Counted from the stretch's first letter, positions 18,786 through 27,817 are shown. The stretch: 64,000 nt of DNA from Hyphomicrobiales bacterium (GCA_017305455.1 JAFKKO010000117.1:21824-85823); one strand, 5' to 3'. The notes: generated from the letters alone by a model not told the origin. A program made the numbers and translations.

Positions 18786-18830
18786 CTGCGTTCAGTGCGT
18801 TGTGAGGACACCGGGATAACCCAATAACAA

Positions 18831-18852
18831 AAAGTGACCAAGTGGTCATTTT
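18831..18852. promoter_or_regulatory. Palindromic operator 1 (aaaGTGACCA-ag-TGGTCAtttt) in the tetR/hydroxylase intergenic region
   Basis: 22-bp inverted repeat with one mismatch and core TGACCAAGTGGTCA. A second copy of the same half-site lies 56 bp downstream. Confidence 0.6.
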
Positions 18853-18886
18853 CTGTTGACGGGCATGGCTGAGGCATGATCTAGAT

Positions 18887-18906
18887 TTGAGACCAGATGG
18901 TCACAA
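18887..18906. promoter_or_regulatory. Palindromic operator 2 (ttgaGACCA-ga-TGGTCacaa)
   Basis: 20-bp inverted repeat with the same GACCA-N2-TGGTC core as operator 1. It lies 34 nt upstream of the TTG start at 18940. Confidence 0.6.
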
Positions 18907-18939
18907 TTCTGGACCCATAAACGAACCGGGGGGTTTGTT

Positions 18940-19800
18940 TTGAAGGCCCGAGCATTTCGCTATGCGCGGCCCGCCACTGTCGCGGAGGCGCTTGAGATCT
19001 TCGCAAGTTCCGGCGAGGACGCGAGCTATATCGCAGGCGGCCAGAGTCTGGTGCCCGCGCTTGCCCTGCGCCTGCAGGCGCCCGACATCCTGATCGACAT
19101 CGCACATATCGAGTCGCTTCGCGGCGTCGAGCTGCAAGGGCAGTGGCTGCGGATCGGCGCGCTGACGCGGCACTGCGAGGCGATGACCGATCCCCTGATT
19201 GTTCGGCATGCGCCGTTGTTTTGCGAAGCCGCGCCTCATGTGGCGCATCCCGCGATCCGCAACAAGGGCACGATCGGCGGCAGCATCTCACATGCGGATC
19301 CGGCCTCCGAATTTCCGGCGGTGGCGCTGGCGATGGGTGCCGAGCTTGAAATCGCAAACCGCGACGGAACACGTCGTGTGCCCGCCGATGATTTCTTCAT
19401 CGATCTGTTTCAGACGGCGATCGAGCCCGGCGAATTGCTGGTCGCGATCCATGTTCCGGTGGTGCGCACCGGCCACCGCTGGGCGTTTCATGAATTCGCG
19501 CGGCGTCGTGGCGACTTCGCTCTCGTCGGCTCCGGCATTCTCGCCGAGTTCGGCAATGGCCTGATCGAGCAGATCCGCATCGTGTTCTTCGGGGTCGGCA
19601 GTACGCCGGTCCGCGCCCGACAGGCCGAGGACGCGCTGATCGGCCGCGCCTTGAATCGGGAGACCATCATGGCCGCGCAGGCGGGGGTCGGCGAGGGTTT
19701 GACGCCGCCGGAAGATGAGCACGTCCCGCCGGCCATGCGGGTTCACCTTGCCCGCGTTCTTCTGGGCCGTCTGCTTGGTCAGATCATGGAGCAGGCATGA
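18940..19800 (+). CDS. Molybdenum hydroxylase FAD-binding (CoxM-like, medium) subunit
   Basis: FAD-binding motifs YIAGGQSLVPAL and NKGTIGGSISHADPASE. The start is TTG, as listed. Confidence 0.9.
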   Translation: MKARAFRYARPATVAEALEIFASSGEDASYIAGGQSLVPALALRLQAPDILIDIAHIESLRGVELQGQWLRIGALTRHCEAMTDPLIVRHAPLFCEAAPHVAHPAIRNKGTIGGSISHADPASEFPAVALAMGAELEIANRDGTRRVPADDFFIDLFQTAIEPGELLVAIHVPVVRTGHRWAFHEFARRRGDFALVGSGILAEFGNGLIEQIRIVFFGVGSTPVRARQAEDALIGRALNRETIMAAQAGVGEGLTPPEDEHVPPAMRVHLARVLLGRLLGQIMEQA

Positions 19801-20309
19801 GCCAGTTCGTTAACATCAACCTGCAGGTCAATGGCGACAAGGTGTCGAGCAGCGTGGCGCCGCGCGACACGCTGGCCGATTTCCTGCGTCAGACGCTTCA
19901 ACTGACCGGCACGCATACCGGTTGCGAAATGGGCATCTGCGGCGCGTGTCTCGTCATGCTGGATGGCCGCGTGGTGCATTCGTGCCTGACGTTCGCGGTG
20001 CAGGCAGACGGAGCGGCCGTGGAGACCATCGAAGGGTTGAGCGAGCGCGGCGCTATTGCCGATCTCCAGCAAGCCTTTCATCAGCGCAATGCATTGCAAT
20101 GCGGCTTCTGCACGCCGGGCGTGCTGATGACAGCCCATAGCCTGCTGTCCCAACCGGGCGTGCCCTCGCGCGAGGACATTCGCGACGCGCTGTCCGGCAA
20201 TTACTGCCGCTGTACCGGATATGAAGCCATCGTCGATGCGATCGAGGGCGTCGCGCGCTGCCGCAACGGTGCGCCCGCTGATCGCGAGATCGAGGAGGTG
20301 AATCGATGA
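19797..20309 (+). CDS. Molybdenum hydroxylase [2Fe-2S] (CoxS-like, small) subunit
   Basis: Two cluster motifs are present: GCEMGICGAC...C and QCGFCTPG...CRCTGY. It shares a 4-nt overlap with the flanking genes. Confidence 0.92.
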   Translation: MSQFVNINLQVNGDKVSSSVAPRDTLADFLRQTLQLTGTHTGCEMGICGACLVMLDGRVVHSCLTFAVQADGAAVETIEGLSERGAIADLQQAFHQRNALQCGFCTPGVLMTAHSLLSQPGVPSREDIRDALSGNYCRCTGYEAIVDAIEGVARCRNGAPADREIEEVNR

Positions 20310-22681
20310 ACGCGCCGCTGACCTCGCTCGATCGTCCGAATTCCTATATCGGCCGCTCGGTTCCGCGCCCTAATGCCAAGCGGCTGCTTGCCGGGCGTGG
20401 CCGCTATGTCACCGACATTATCCTGCCGCGGATGGTGCATGCCGCATTCGTGCGCAGTCCCCATGCCCATGCGCGCATCGTGTCCATCGATACCGAGGCC
20501 GCGCGCAACATGCCCGGCGTGCGTCTGGTGGCGACGGGGGAGGACCTGGCGCGGCTCTGCGCGCCGTGGGTGGGCACGCTTGATCATTTCAAGGGAATGA
20601 AATCACCGCCGCAACTGCCGCTGCCGATCGAGAAGGTGGTCTGGGCGGGGCAGGCGGTCGCTGCCGTTGTCGCGGACACGCGCGCCTTGGCCGAGGATGC
20701 GGCCGAGGCGGTTCAGATCGAGTTCGAGGAGCTTCCGGCGGTGGTCGATATCGATGCCGCGCGCAAGCCCGGCTCGCCGGTGATTTCGCCCGAGCTTGGC
20801 GATAACGTCTGCTTTCGCGGGAAAATCGACACCGGAGGCGTGGACGAGATTTTTGCCAACGCCGCGCATGTCGCCGAAGAAGAGTTCCGCTTCGGACGTC
20901 ACACCGCGGTGACGATGGAGCCGCGCGCCATTATCGCCGACTACGACGCCAACGAGCCCCGGCTGACGGTTCATCATGCCACGCAAACGCCCTATCAGTT
21001 TCAGGATATCTACTCCCGGCATTATGGCATCCCCGAATCCTGCGTGCGCGTGATCGCGCCCGATATCGGCGGCTCGTTCGGCATGAAGCTGCACATGTAT
21101 CATGAGGACATGGCGGTGGTCGGCCTCAGCATGATGCTCGGCCGGCCGGTGAAATATGTCGCCGACCGTATCGAATCGTTCGTCTCCGACATCCATGCGC
21201 GCGATCATCGGGTCCGCGCCCGCGTGGCCGCGGATGCCGAGGGCACCATCCTGGCGATGGATGTGGAGGACGTCACAGGGATCGGCGCTTTCTCCGCCTA
21301 TCCGCGCACCAGTGTAGTCGAAGGCAACCAGGTCTACCGGCTGATCGGCGCACCTTACGGCTTTCAGAATTACCGTGCCGACCTGCAAGTCGTTTTCCAG
21401 AATAAGGTGCAGATGAGCCAGTATCGGGCCGTCGGGCATCCGATCGCCTGCACAGTCACCGAGCGGCTGGTGGACATGGTTGCCGGCAAGGCTGCCCTGG
21501 ACGCCTTCGAGGTCCGCGCGCGCAACCTCATCCCCGACGACGCCTATCCGTGCGCATCGCCCACCGGCTTCAAGTTCGAAGCGCTCTCTCATCATGCCTG
21601 TCTGACCAAGCTGCGCGCGATGATGAACTACGATCACCTTCGTGCCGAGCAGGCCGAACTCAGGAAGCGCGGTATCCATCGCGGCATCGGCATTGCGGCG
21701 TTCGTCGAGATCACCAATCCCGGTCCCGCGTTTTATGGCGTCGGCGGTGCGCGGATTTCCTCGCAGGATGGCGCGATCATCAAGATCACGCCGTCCGGCG
21801 ACGTTCGCTGCCTGATCTCGGTCACCGAGCTGGGGCAGGGCACCGAAACCATCGTCGGCCAGATCGTGGCCGAGCATCTGGGTGTCGATCGTGCGCGGGT
21901 GAAGGTTCTCACCGGCGATACCGAGGTCACACCCCATGGCGGTGCGACATGGGCCTGCCGTGGCGCGGGTATCGGCGGCGAGACCGCGTTGCAGGCTGCG
22001 AACAAGCTCAAGGCAAATGTGCTTGCGGTCGCCGGCGCCATTTTGCAGGAGCAGCCGGACAAGCTCAACGTTCAGAACGGCTGGATCGTCGATGCGGCCA
22101 CGGCCCAGCAGCGAATCGAACTCTCCGAGATCGCGCGTATCGCTTATTTCCGGTCGGATACGCTGCCGCCCGGCACGCAAGCGCAGCTCTCGGTGGTGCA
22201 TCATTACGCGCCGCAAGGTTATCCTTTCGCATTCACCAACGGCTTGCAGGGTTGTTACATCGAACTCGACGTGGAAACAGGGTTCGCCAGGATCCTGAAG
22301 CACTGGGTCGTCGAGGATTGCGGCCGCGTCATCAATCCGATGCTGGTGGACGAACAGATCCGTGGCGGCGTGGTGCAGGGCCTGGGCGCCGCGTTCTTCG
22401 AAGAATGCATCTATGACGAGAGCGGTCAGCTCACCAACGGCTCGCTCGCGGACTATCTCGTGCCGATGGCGGCTGAGATGCCGGATATCGAGGTCGCCCA
22501 CGTCGAAACGCCCACGATGGACACGCAATTGGGAGCCAAGGGCGTCGGCGAGGCCGGCACTGCGGCGGCATCGGCCGCGGCGCTCAACGCCATCAACGAC
22601 GCGATGTCGCCGTTCGGGGCAACAATCGCGCAGGTTCCGATGACGCCGACAAGAATCCTGAAGGCGCTGGGAAAAATCTAA
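20306..22681 (+). CDS. Molybdopterin-binding large subunit (xanthine dehydrogenase/CoxL family), substrate unknown
   Basis: 791 aa. Motifs are DIGGSFGMK and a C-terminal GAKGVGEAGT with the conserved Glu. The region I take to be the active-site loop reads SQYRAVGHP, which is neither VAYRCSFR (form I CODH) nor AYRGAGR (form II). Confidence 0.88.
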   Translation: MNAPLTSLDRPNSYIGRSVPRPNAKRLLAGRGRYVTDIILPRMVHAAFVRSPHAHARIVSIDTEAARNMPGVRLVATGEDLARLCAPWVGTLDHFKGMKSPPQLPLPIEKVVWAGQAVAAVVADTRALAEDAAEAVQIEFEELPAVVDIDAARKPGSPVISPELGDNVCFRGKIDTGGVDEIFANAAHVAEEEFRFGRHTAVTMEPRAIIADYDANEPRLTVHHATQTPYQFQDIYSRHYGIPESCVRVIAPDIGGSFGMKLHMYHEDMAVVGLSMMLGRPVKYVADRIESFVSDIHARDHRVRARVAADAEGTILAMDVEDVTGIGAFSAYPRTSVVEGNQVYRLIGAPYGFQNYRADLQVVFQNKVQMSQYRAVGHPIACTVTERLVDMVAGKAALDAFEVRARNLIPDDAYPCASPTGFKFEALSHHACLTKLRAMMNYDHLRAEQAELRKRGIHRGIGIAAFVEITNPGPAFYGVGGARISSQDGAIIKITPSGDVRCLISVTELGQGTETIVGQIVAEHLGVDRARVKVLTGDTEVTPHGGATWACRGAGIGGETALQAANKLKANVLAVAGAILQEQPDKLNVQNGWIVDAATAQQRIELSEIARIAYFRSDTLPPGTQAQLSVVHHYAPQGYPFAFTNGLQGCYIELDVETGFARILKHWVVEDCGRVINPMLVDEQIRGGVVQGLGAAFFEECIYDESGQLTNGSLADYLVPMAAEMPDIEVAHVETPTMDTQLGAKGVGEAGTAAASAAALNAINDAMSPFGATIAQVPMTPTRILKALGKI

Positions 22682-22727
22682 CAAGAAAAAACGACGTGAA
22701 AAATAAATCCATATGGAGGAGGAAACT

Positions 22728-23978
22728 ATGAAGGACGTAATCCGGACTAGTGCTCGACAAAAGATTTCCCGCCGCAGCGCCCTCGTGGCGCTCGGCGCAG
22801 GTGCAAGCTATCTGGCCATGCCGTGGATCGCGCGGGCGGCAGACGATACCATCCGTGTCGGCTTTCCGACGCCGCTGACCGGGCCTTTCGCCGCCGAAGC
22901 GAAGGATCAGGTCAAGAGCGCGGAGCTTGCCGTCAAGCAGTTCAACGACAAGGGCGGCATTGGTGGCCGCAAGATCGAATTGCTGGTGCGGGACGACAAG
23001 CTCAATGGCGGCGAGGCCGCGACACGTACGCTGGAGCTGATCGAGAAGGACAAGGTCCATGCGATCGTTGGATCGCTGTCGAGCGCCGTACAGCTCGCCG
23101 TCAACGAAGTGACCCGCGCGCGCAATGTGATCTACATCTCGATCAGCCAGTCCGACACCATCAACGAGGTGAAGGACTTCAGCAAATATACCTTCCATGA
23201 GGCGCTCAACCCGCACATGACTGCCGGCGCCGTGGCGCGGCATACGTTCAAGAAGGGCTCGAAAGTCGCCTATCTTTCGGCCGACTATGCCTACGGGCAC
23301 GAAATGCTGCGCGGCTTCAAGCAGGCACAGGCCGCGCTCGGCGCGGAAAGCGTCGGCGAGATCCTGCACCCGTTCGGCGCGGCTGACTATTCGACCTTCA
23401 TGCCGCGTCTGCGGTCGATGCGCCCCGACATCCTTTGCATCAGCAATTTCGGTCGTGATCAGGCCAATTCGATCAAGCAGGCGGTCGATTTCGGCATGAA
23501 GCAGCAGATGAAGATCGTGGTTCCGGTCCTGCTGCACAATCAGCGACTGGCTGTCGGTCCCGAGGTCTTCGAGGGTGTTGTCGGTGGCGCCAACTACTAT
23601 TGGGGCCTGGAAAGCCAGATCCCCAGCGCAAAGGCTTTCAATGACGCCTATCGCGCCAGCCATGGCGGCGCGATCCCGACCGACTACGGCGCCTACGGTT
23701 ACACCGGACTTTATTCGCTACTGCTTGCGATGCAGGCTGCCGGCGGCACCGACACCGACAGGGTAATCGCCGCGCTCGAAGCGCTCAAATATGATGTCGC
23801 CAAGGGAGCTCAGCATTATCGCAAGTGCGACCATCAATCGGTACAGTCTGTCCTTGTTCTTGAATCGAAGAAGAAGGCGGACATGAAGAGCGATATGGAT
23901 ATGTTCCAGATCGTGGCGAATGAACCCGCCTCCGAGAGCGTTCTGCGCAGTTGCGCCGAACTCGGCTTTCCTACCTGA
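22728..23978 (+). CDS. Liv-type (Peripla_BP_6) ABC transporter substrate-binding protein
   Basis: ATG 22728 lies 4 nt after GGAGGAGG. There is an RR-containing signal (ISRRSALVALGAGASYLAMPWIARA), then TIRVGFPTPLTGPFA...GGIGGRKIELLVRDD, typical of branched-chain/aromatic-acid binding proteins. Confidence 0.88.
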   Translation: MKDVIRTSARQKISRRSALVALGAGASYLAMPWIARAADDTIRVGFPTPLTGPFAAEAKDQVKSAELAVKQFNDKGGIGGRKIELLVRDDKLNGGEAATRTLELIEKDKVHAIVGSLSSAVQLAVNEVTRARNVIYISISQSDTINEVKDFSKYTFHEALNPHMTAGAVARHTFKKGSKVAYLSADYAYGHEMLRGFKQAQAALGAESVGEILHPFGAADYSTFMPRLRSMRPDILCISNFGRDQANSIKQAVDFGMKQQMKIVVPVLLHNQRLAVGPEVFEGVVGGANYYWGLESQIPSAKAFNDAYRASHGGAIPTDYGAYGYTGLYSLLLAMQAAGGTDTDRVIAALEALKYDVAKGAQHYRKCDHQSVQSVLVLESKKKADMKSDMDMFQIVANEPASESVLRSCAELGFPT

Positions 23979-23997
23979 CGGGATGGCTGCTTTTCCA

Positions 23998-24864
23998 ATG
24001 GATGCAGAACTCATTCTGATGCAGCTCTTTTCCGGAGTTGCCCTCGGCGCGATCCTGATTATCGCCGCGCTCGGCCTGTCGATTATCTTCGGCATGCTGG
24101 GCGTGGTGAACTTCGCGCACGGAGCGTTGTTCATGGTCGGCGCCTACGCCGGATTGTGGGTGGCCTCTCTCACCGGCAGCTTCTGGTGGGGGCTTGTGGT
24201 GGCTCCGATCATGATCGGCCTGTTCGGCATGATCATCGAGTTCTTGCTGGTGCGTCCACTCTATGGCCGCTCGATCGACGACCCGCTGCTGCTGACCTTC
24301 GGATTGAGCTACGTGCTGGTCGAGGCCGTGCGCATGATCTTCGGCAGCGACGGGATTCCTTTCCCGACGCCGTCGCAGCTCACCGGCGTGGTCGATCTCG
24401 GCGTCGGGTTCTTCCCGATCTACCGTCTGTTCGTGATCGGCGTTACCGTCGTCGTGTTGCTGCTGCTGTGGTTCGGTCTCGAAAAGACGAAGTTCGGGCT
24501 GATCGTGCGCGCCGGAGCGCGGGACCCCACCATCATGCGGGTGCTCGGCGTCGATGTCGGCAAGGTCTGGCTGCTGGTGTTCGGCCTCGGCGTGGCGCTT
24601 GCGGCGCTGGGCGGTGTGCTGGCGGGACCGATGCGGAGCGTCAATCCGGAAATGGGATCGCTGGTGCTGGCCGAAGCTTTCGTCGTGACGGTGATCGGCG
24701 GCCTCGGCTCGCTGCTCGGATCGATCGTCGCGGGGCTGCTGGTCGGCATCGCGATCAGCATGACCGCGCTGTTCGCGCCCGAGATGGCGACCATCGTGAT
24801 GTTCGCGTTGATGGCGGTTGTTCTTCTGATCCGGCCGCAGGGCCTGTTCGGAAAACTCGCGTAA
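23998..24864 (+). CDS. Branched-chain-type ABC permease (LivH-like)
   Basis: MDAELILMQLFSGVALGAILII... is a typical LivH N-terminus. ATG 23983 is an alternative start. Confidence 0.85.
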   Translation: MDAELILMQLFSGVALGAILIIAALGLSIIFGMLGVVNFAHGALFMVGAYAGLWVASLTGSFWWGLVVAPIMIGLFGMIIEFLLVRPLYGRSIDDPLLLTFGLSYVLVEAVRMIFGSDGIPFPTPSQLTGVVDLGVGFFPIYRLFVIGVTVVVLLLLWFGLEKTKFGLIVRAGARDPTIMRVLGVDVGKVWLLVFGLGVALAALGGVLAGPMRSVNPEMGSLVLAEAFVVTVIGGLGSLLGSIVAGLLVGIAISMTALFAPEMATIVMFALMAVVLLIRPQGLFGKLA

Positions 24865-24876
24865 CGGAGCGGAAAC

Positions 24877-25869
24877 ATGACCTCTACTGCGTTTGCCGCA
24901 CCCAGATTGCCCACCGATCGCAAGCCATCCGGGCTGGCGGCGGCATTGACGGCATATCGTGTGCCGCTGTCGGTCGCAGCCCTGTGCCTGTTGCCATGGC
25001 TGTTGCCGTCGCAGGCGCTGGCCGTCAATGTTCTGGTCTATGGCGTGCTGGCGGTCGGCTACAATCTGCTGTTCGGCTACACCGGCATGCTGTCTTTCGG
25101 ACATGCGGCGTTCTTCGGCGCCGGTGCTTACGTCGCCGGCATCGCGATCAGCAAGTTCGGAATTCCGTGGTATGCCGCCGTGCCGCTCGGCATTGTCGGC
25201 GGAGGCGTGCTGGCGTTCATCATCGGCGTGCTGTCCACCCGAACGCGCGGCATCTATTTCTCGATGGTGACGCTCGCGCTGGCCCAGCTCATTTATTATG
25301 TGGCGCTGCAGGCCTCCTCCTGGACAGGTGGCGAGAACGGCCTGCGCGGGTTGACCGTCGACAAGATCAATCTGTTCGGATGGAGCATCAATTTTCTCGA
25401 TCCGGTCAACAAGTACTACGTGCTGATGGTTCTGGCCGCGCTGGCGTTGCTGATCGTCTCCCGCATTCTCAATTCGCCTTTCGGCGCCGCGATCGAAGCC
25501 ATCCGCGAGAACGAGCGGCGGGCGCGAACCTGCGGGTTTAATGTCGAGCGCACCAAGCTGCTGTCGTTTACGCTGTCGGGCCTGATCTGCGCGCTGGCCG
25601 GAACGATGTCGGCACTTCATCTCGCCTTCGTTCCTCTGGATGTTCTGCACTACCAGACCTCCGGCATGATTGTGATGATGACCCTGCTGGGCGGCACGCG
25701 AAGCTTTTTCGGCCCGTTCATCGGCGCGCTTGTCTTTCTGTTGATGGAGGACGTGTTCTCGCTGTGGACCTCCCATTGGCAGATCATTGTCGGCTCGATC
25801 TTCGTGCTTTTCGTTCTATTCCTGCCGAAGGGAATCTGGGGCACCTTTCTGTCGAAGGTGATGCGATGA
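24877..25869 (+). CDS. Branched-chain-type ABC permease (LivM-like)
   Basis: 330-aa polytopic protein with LFGYTGMLSFGHAAFFGAGAY, the LivM-family motif. Confidence 0.85.
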   Translation: MTSTAFAAPRLPTDRKPSGLAAALTAYRVPLSVAALCLLPWLLPSQALAVNVLVYGVLAVGYNLLFGYTGMLSFGHAAFFGAGAYVAGIAISKFGIPWYAAVPLGIVGGGVLAFIIGVLSTRTRGIYFSMVTLALAQLIYYVALQASSWTGGENGLRGLTVDKINLFGWSINFLDPVNKYYVLMVLAALALLIVSRILNSPFGAAIEAIRENERRARTCGFNVERTKLLSFTLSGLICALAGTMSALHLAFVPLDVLHYQTSGMIVMMTLLGGTRSFFGPFIGALVFLLMEDVFSLWTSHWQIIVGSIFVLFVLFLPKGIWGTFLSKVMR

Positions 25870-26621
25870 GTACGCCGCTTCTGGCCGTCGAGAATGCCGG
25901 GCGCAGCTTCGGCGGATTTCTCGCTCTTGAGGGCGTGACCGCGGCTTTTCAGCCGGGCAAGGTGACGTCGATCATCGGGCCGAACGGCGCGGGCAAGAGC
26001 ACGTTCTTCAATCTGCTGTCGGGTGTGCTGACGCCATCGAGCGGCTCGATCCGCTTCAAGGGCCGCGACCTGAAAGGAACGCCGCAGCATGAATTCGTGC
26101 ATCTGGGGATCGCGCGATCCTATCAGATCACCACCATCTTTCCCGATCTCAGCGTGCATGAGAACGTGCGCGTCGCGGCGCAGGCCGGGCAGTGGCGTTA
26201 CAATATCTGGATCAATCGGAAGAAACTTTCCGATCTGGACGCAAAGGCCGACAGCGCGCTTGAAGCCGTTGGCCTGATCGGCAAGCGCGACGAGACCGCG
26301 AAGTTTCTGGCGCATGGCCAGCAGCGCGCGCTCGAAATCGCGATTGCTTTGGTTTCCGATCCGGAGGTGCTGCTGCTCGACGAGCCGACGGCCGGGATGG
26401 GGCCCGAAGAAACCAAGGACATGGTGGCGTTGCTGGAGAAGCTCGCCACCCAGCGGACCATCCTTCTTGTCGAGCACAAGATGAAGATGATTCTCGGCCT
26501 CAGCGACCGCATCCTGGTCCTGCACCATGGCCGCCTGATTGCGGATGGCACGCCGCACGACATTCAGACGGACCCCGAGGTCCGCCGCGTCTATCTGGGA
26601 CAGAACCATGGCTATGCTTGA
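25866..26621 (+). CDS. ABC ATP-binding protein (LivG-like)
   Basis: The start overlaps the LivM stop (ATGA). Walker A is GPNGAGKST, the signature is LAHGQQRALEIA, and the C-terminal tail is LivG-like. Confidence 0.9.
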   Translation: MSTPLLAVENAGRSFGGFLALEGVTAAFQPGKVTSIIGPNGAGKSTFFNLLSGVLTPSSGSIRFKGRDLKGTPQHEFVHLGIARSYQITTIFPDLSVHENVRVAAQAGQWRYNIWINRKKLSDLDAKADSALEAVGLIGKRDETAKFLAHGQQRALEIAIALVSDPEVLLLDEPTAGMGPEETKDMVALLEKLATQRTILLVEHKMKMILGLSDRILVLHHGRLIADGTPHDIQTDPEVRRVYLGQNHGYA

Positions 26622-27318
26622 GACCAGGGACCTCCACGCCTGGTATGGCGCGAGCCATACGCTGCACGGGGTGTCGATTTCGGTGGGGCAGGGCGAAGTC
26701 GTCGCCCTTGTCGGCCGCAACGGCGCCGGCAAGACCACCACGATCCGCTCCATCATGGGGCTGATGTCCAAAACGGCGGGCAGCGTGACCTTTGACGGCA
26801 CCGAGCTGATGCCTCTGCGCTCGCATCACCGCTTCGCGCTCGGTCTGGCCTATGTTCCCGAGGAGCGCCGCATCGTCCCCGGACTGACGGTGCGCGAGAA
26901 CCTGCAGCTCGGCCTTGTCGCCAGCGACGGGCGCATCAACGAGCGCGTTGCGATCGACGAGATCGCGGAGAGTTTTCCTCGCCTCAAGGAGCGGCTCAAT
27001 CAGGAGGCGGTGACGATGTCCGGCGGCGAACAGCAGATGCTGGCGATCGCCCGCGCGACCATCGCCAAGCCGAAGATGATCCTGCTCGACGAGCCTTCGG
27101 AGGGCATCATGCCGGTGCTGGTCGAGGAGATGGGCGTGCTGTTTCGCCGCCTGCGCGATCAGGGCGTCACGCTGCTCCTGGTGGAGCAGAATGTGGAATG
27201 GGCGCTGCGTCTGGCCGATCGCGCCGTCATCATCGATCAGGGCGAGGTTGTTTACGAGAGCAGTGCCGCGACCTTGCTGGCCGACAAGGCCATTCAGGAC
27301 CGCTACTGCGCCGTGTGA
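26608..27318 (+). CDS. ABC ATP-binding protein (LivF-like)
   Basis: Walker A is GRNGAGKTT and the signature is MSGGEQQMLAIA. It overlaps the LivG stop. ATG 26614 is an alternative start. Confidence 0.9.
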   Translation: MAMLETRDLHAWYGASHTLHGVSISVGQGEVVALVGRNGAGKTTTIRSIMGLMSKTAGSVTFDGTELMPLRSHHRFALGLAYVPEERRIVPGLTVRENLQLGLVASDGRINERVAIDEIAESFPRLKERLNQEAVTMSGGEQQMLAIARATIAKPKMILLDEPSEGIMPVLVEEMGVLFRRLRDQGVTLLLVEQNVEWALRLADRAVIIDQGEVVYESSAATLLADKAIQDRYCAV

Positions 27319-27346
27319 TTTTTTCGATCGAAGCAGGATTTCCCCG

Positions 27347-27817
27347 ATGCAAATGAACGACAGCCAGCCGATCCCGGCTTCACGCGAGAAAGTCTGGGCC
27401 GCGCTCAACGATCCCGAGGTGCTGCGCCAGTGCATTCCGGGCTGCCAGGCTCTCGAGATGACATCGCCGACCGACATGACGGCGAAGGTTGTGGTCAAGG
27501 TTGGACCCGTCAAGGCAACCTTCGGCGGCAAGGTGACCCTGAGCGATCTCGATCCTCCGAACGGTTACAGGATTACCGGCGAAGGCTCCGGCGGCGTCGC
27601 CGGCTTCGCCAAGGGCGGCGCGGCGATCAGGCTCGAGGCCGTGAGCGAGAACGAGACGATCCTGCACTACGAGGTCGACTCGCAGATCGGCGGCAAGCTG
27701 GCTCAACTCGGAAGCCGGTTGATCGATTCCACCGCCAAGAAGCTGGCGGGTGAATTCTTCGCAAAGTTCGGAGCGGTCGTCTCCGAAAGTCCGGGTGACG
27801 TCTCCGTCGGGGCGTGA
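27347..27817 (+). CDS. CoxG-like SRPBCC-family protein
   Basis: MQMNDSQPIPASREKVWAALNDPEVLRQCIPGC...GGKLAQLGSRLID matches the carbon monoxide dehydrogenase subunit G family. The start is moved from the listed 27191. Confidence 0.85.
   Translation: MQMNDSQPIPASREKVWAALNDPEVLRQCIPGCQALEMTSPTDMTAKVVVKVGPVKATFGGKVTLSDLDPPNGYRITGEGSGGVAGFAKGGAAIRLEAVSENETILHYEVDSQIGGKLAQLGSRLIDSTAKKLAGEFFAKFGAVVSESPGDVSVGA

Noticed and set aside
18940-22681. Aerobic carbon monoxide dehydrogenase (coxMSL)
   Set aside because: The gene order and the coxG neighbour fit. However, the large subunit lacks the VAYRCSFR (and AYRGAGR) active-site loop as I read it, and no coxDEF accessory genes are present. I therefore call it a hydroxylase of unknown substrate.
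20603-22684. 693-aa antisense ORF over the molybdopterin subunit, plus similar long shadow ORFs (23971-25776, 47375-50140, 29528-30892, 30977-32341, 9321-10649, 10646-12085, 40525-41769, 55519-56247, 2068-2922)
   Set aside because: All lie opposite genes with strong family signatures. Their products are dominated by R/A/G/D/H runs and carry no motifs. This is the expected artefact of GC-rich codon usage (GC3-rich sense strand).
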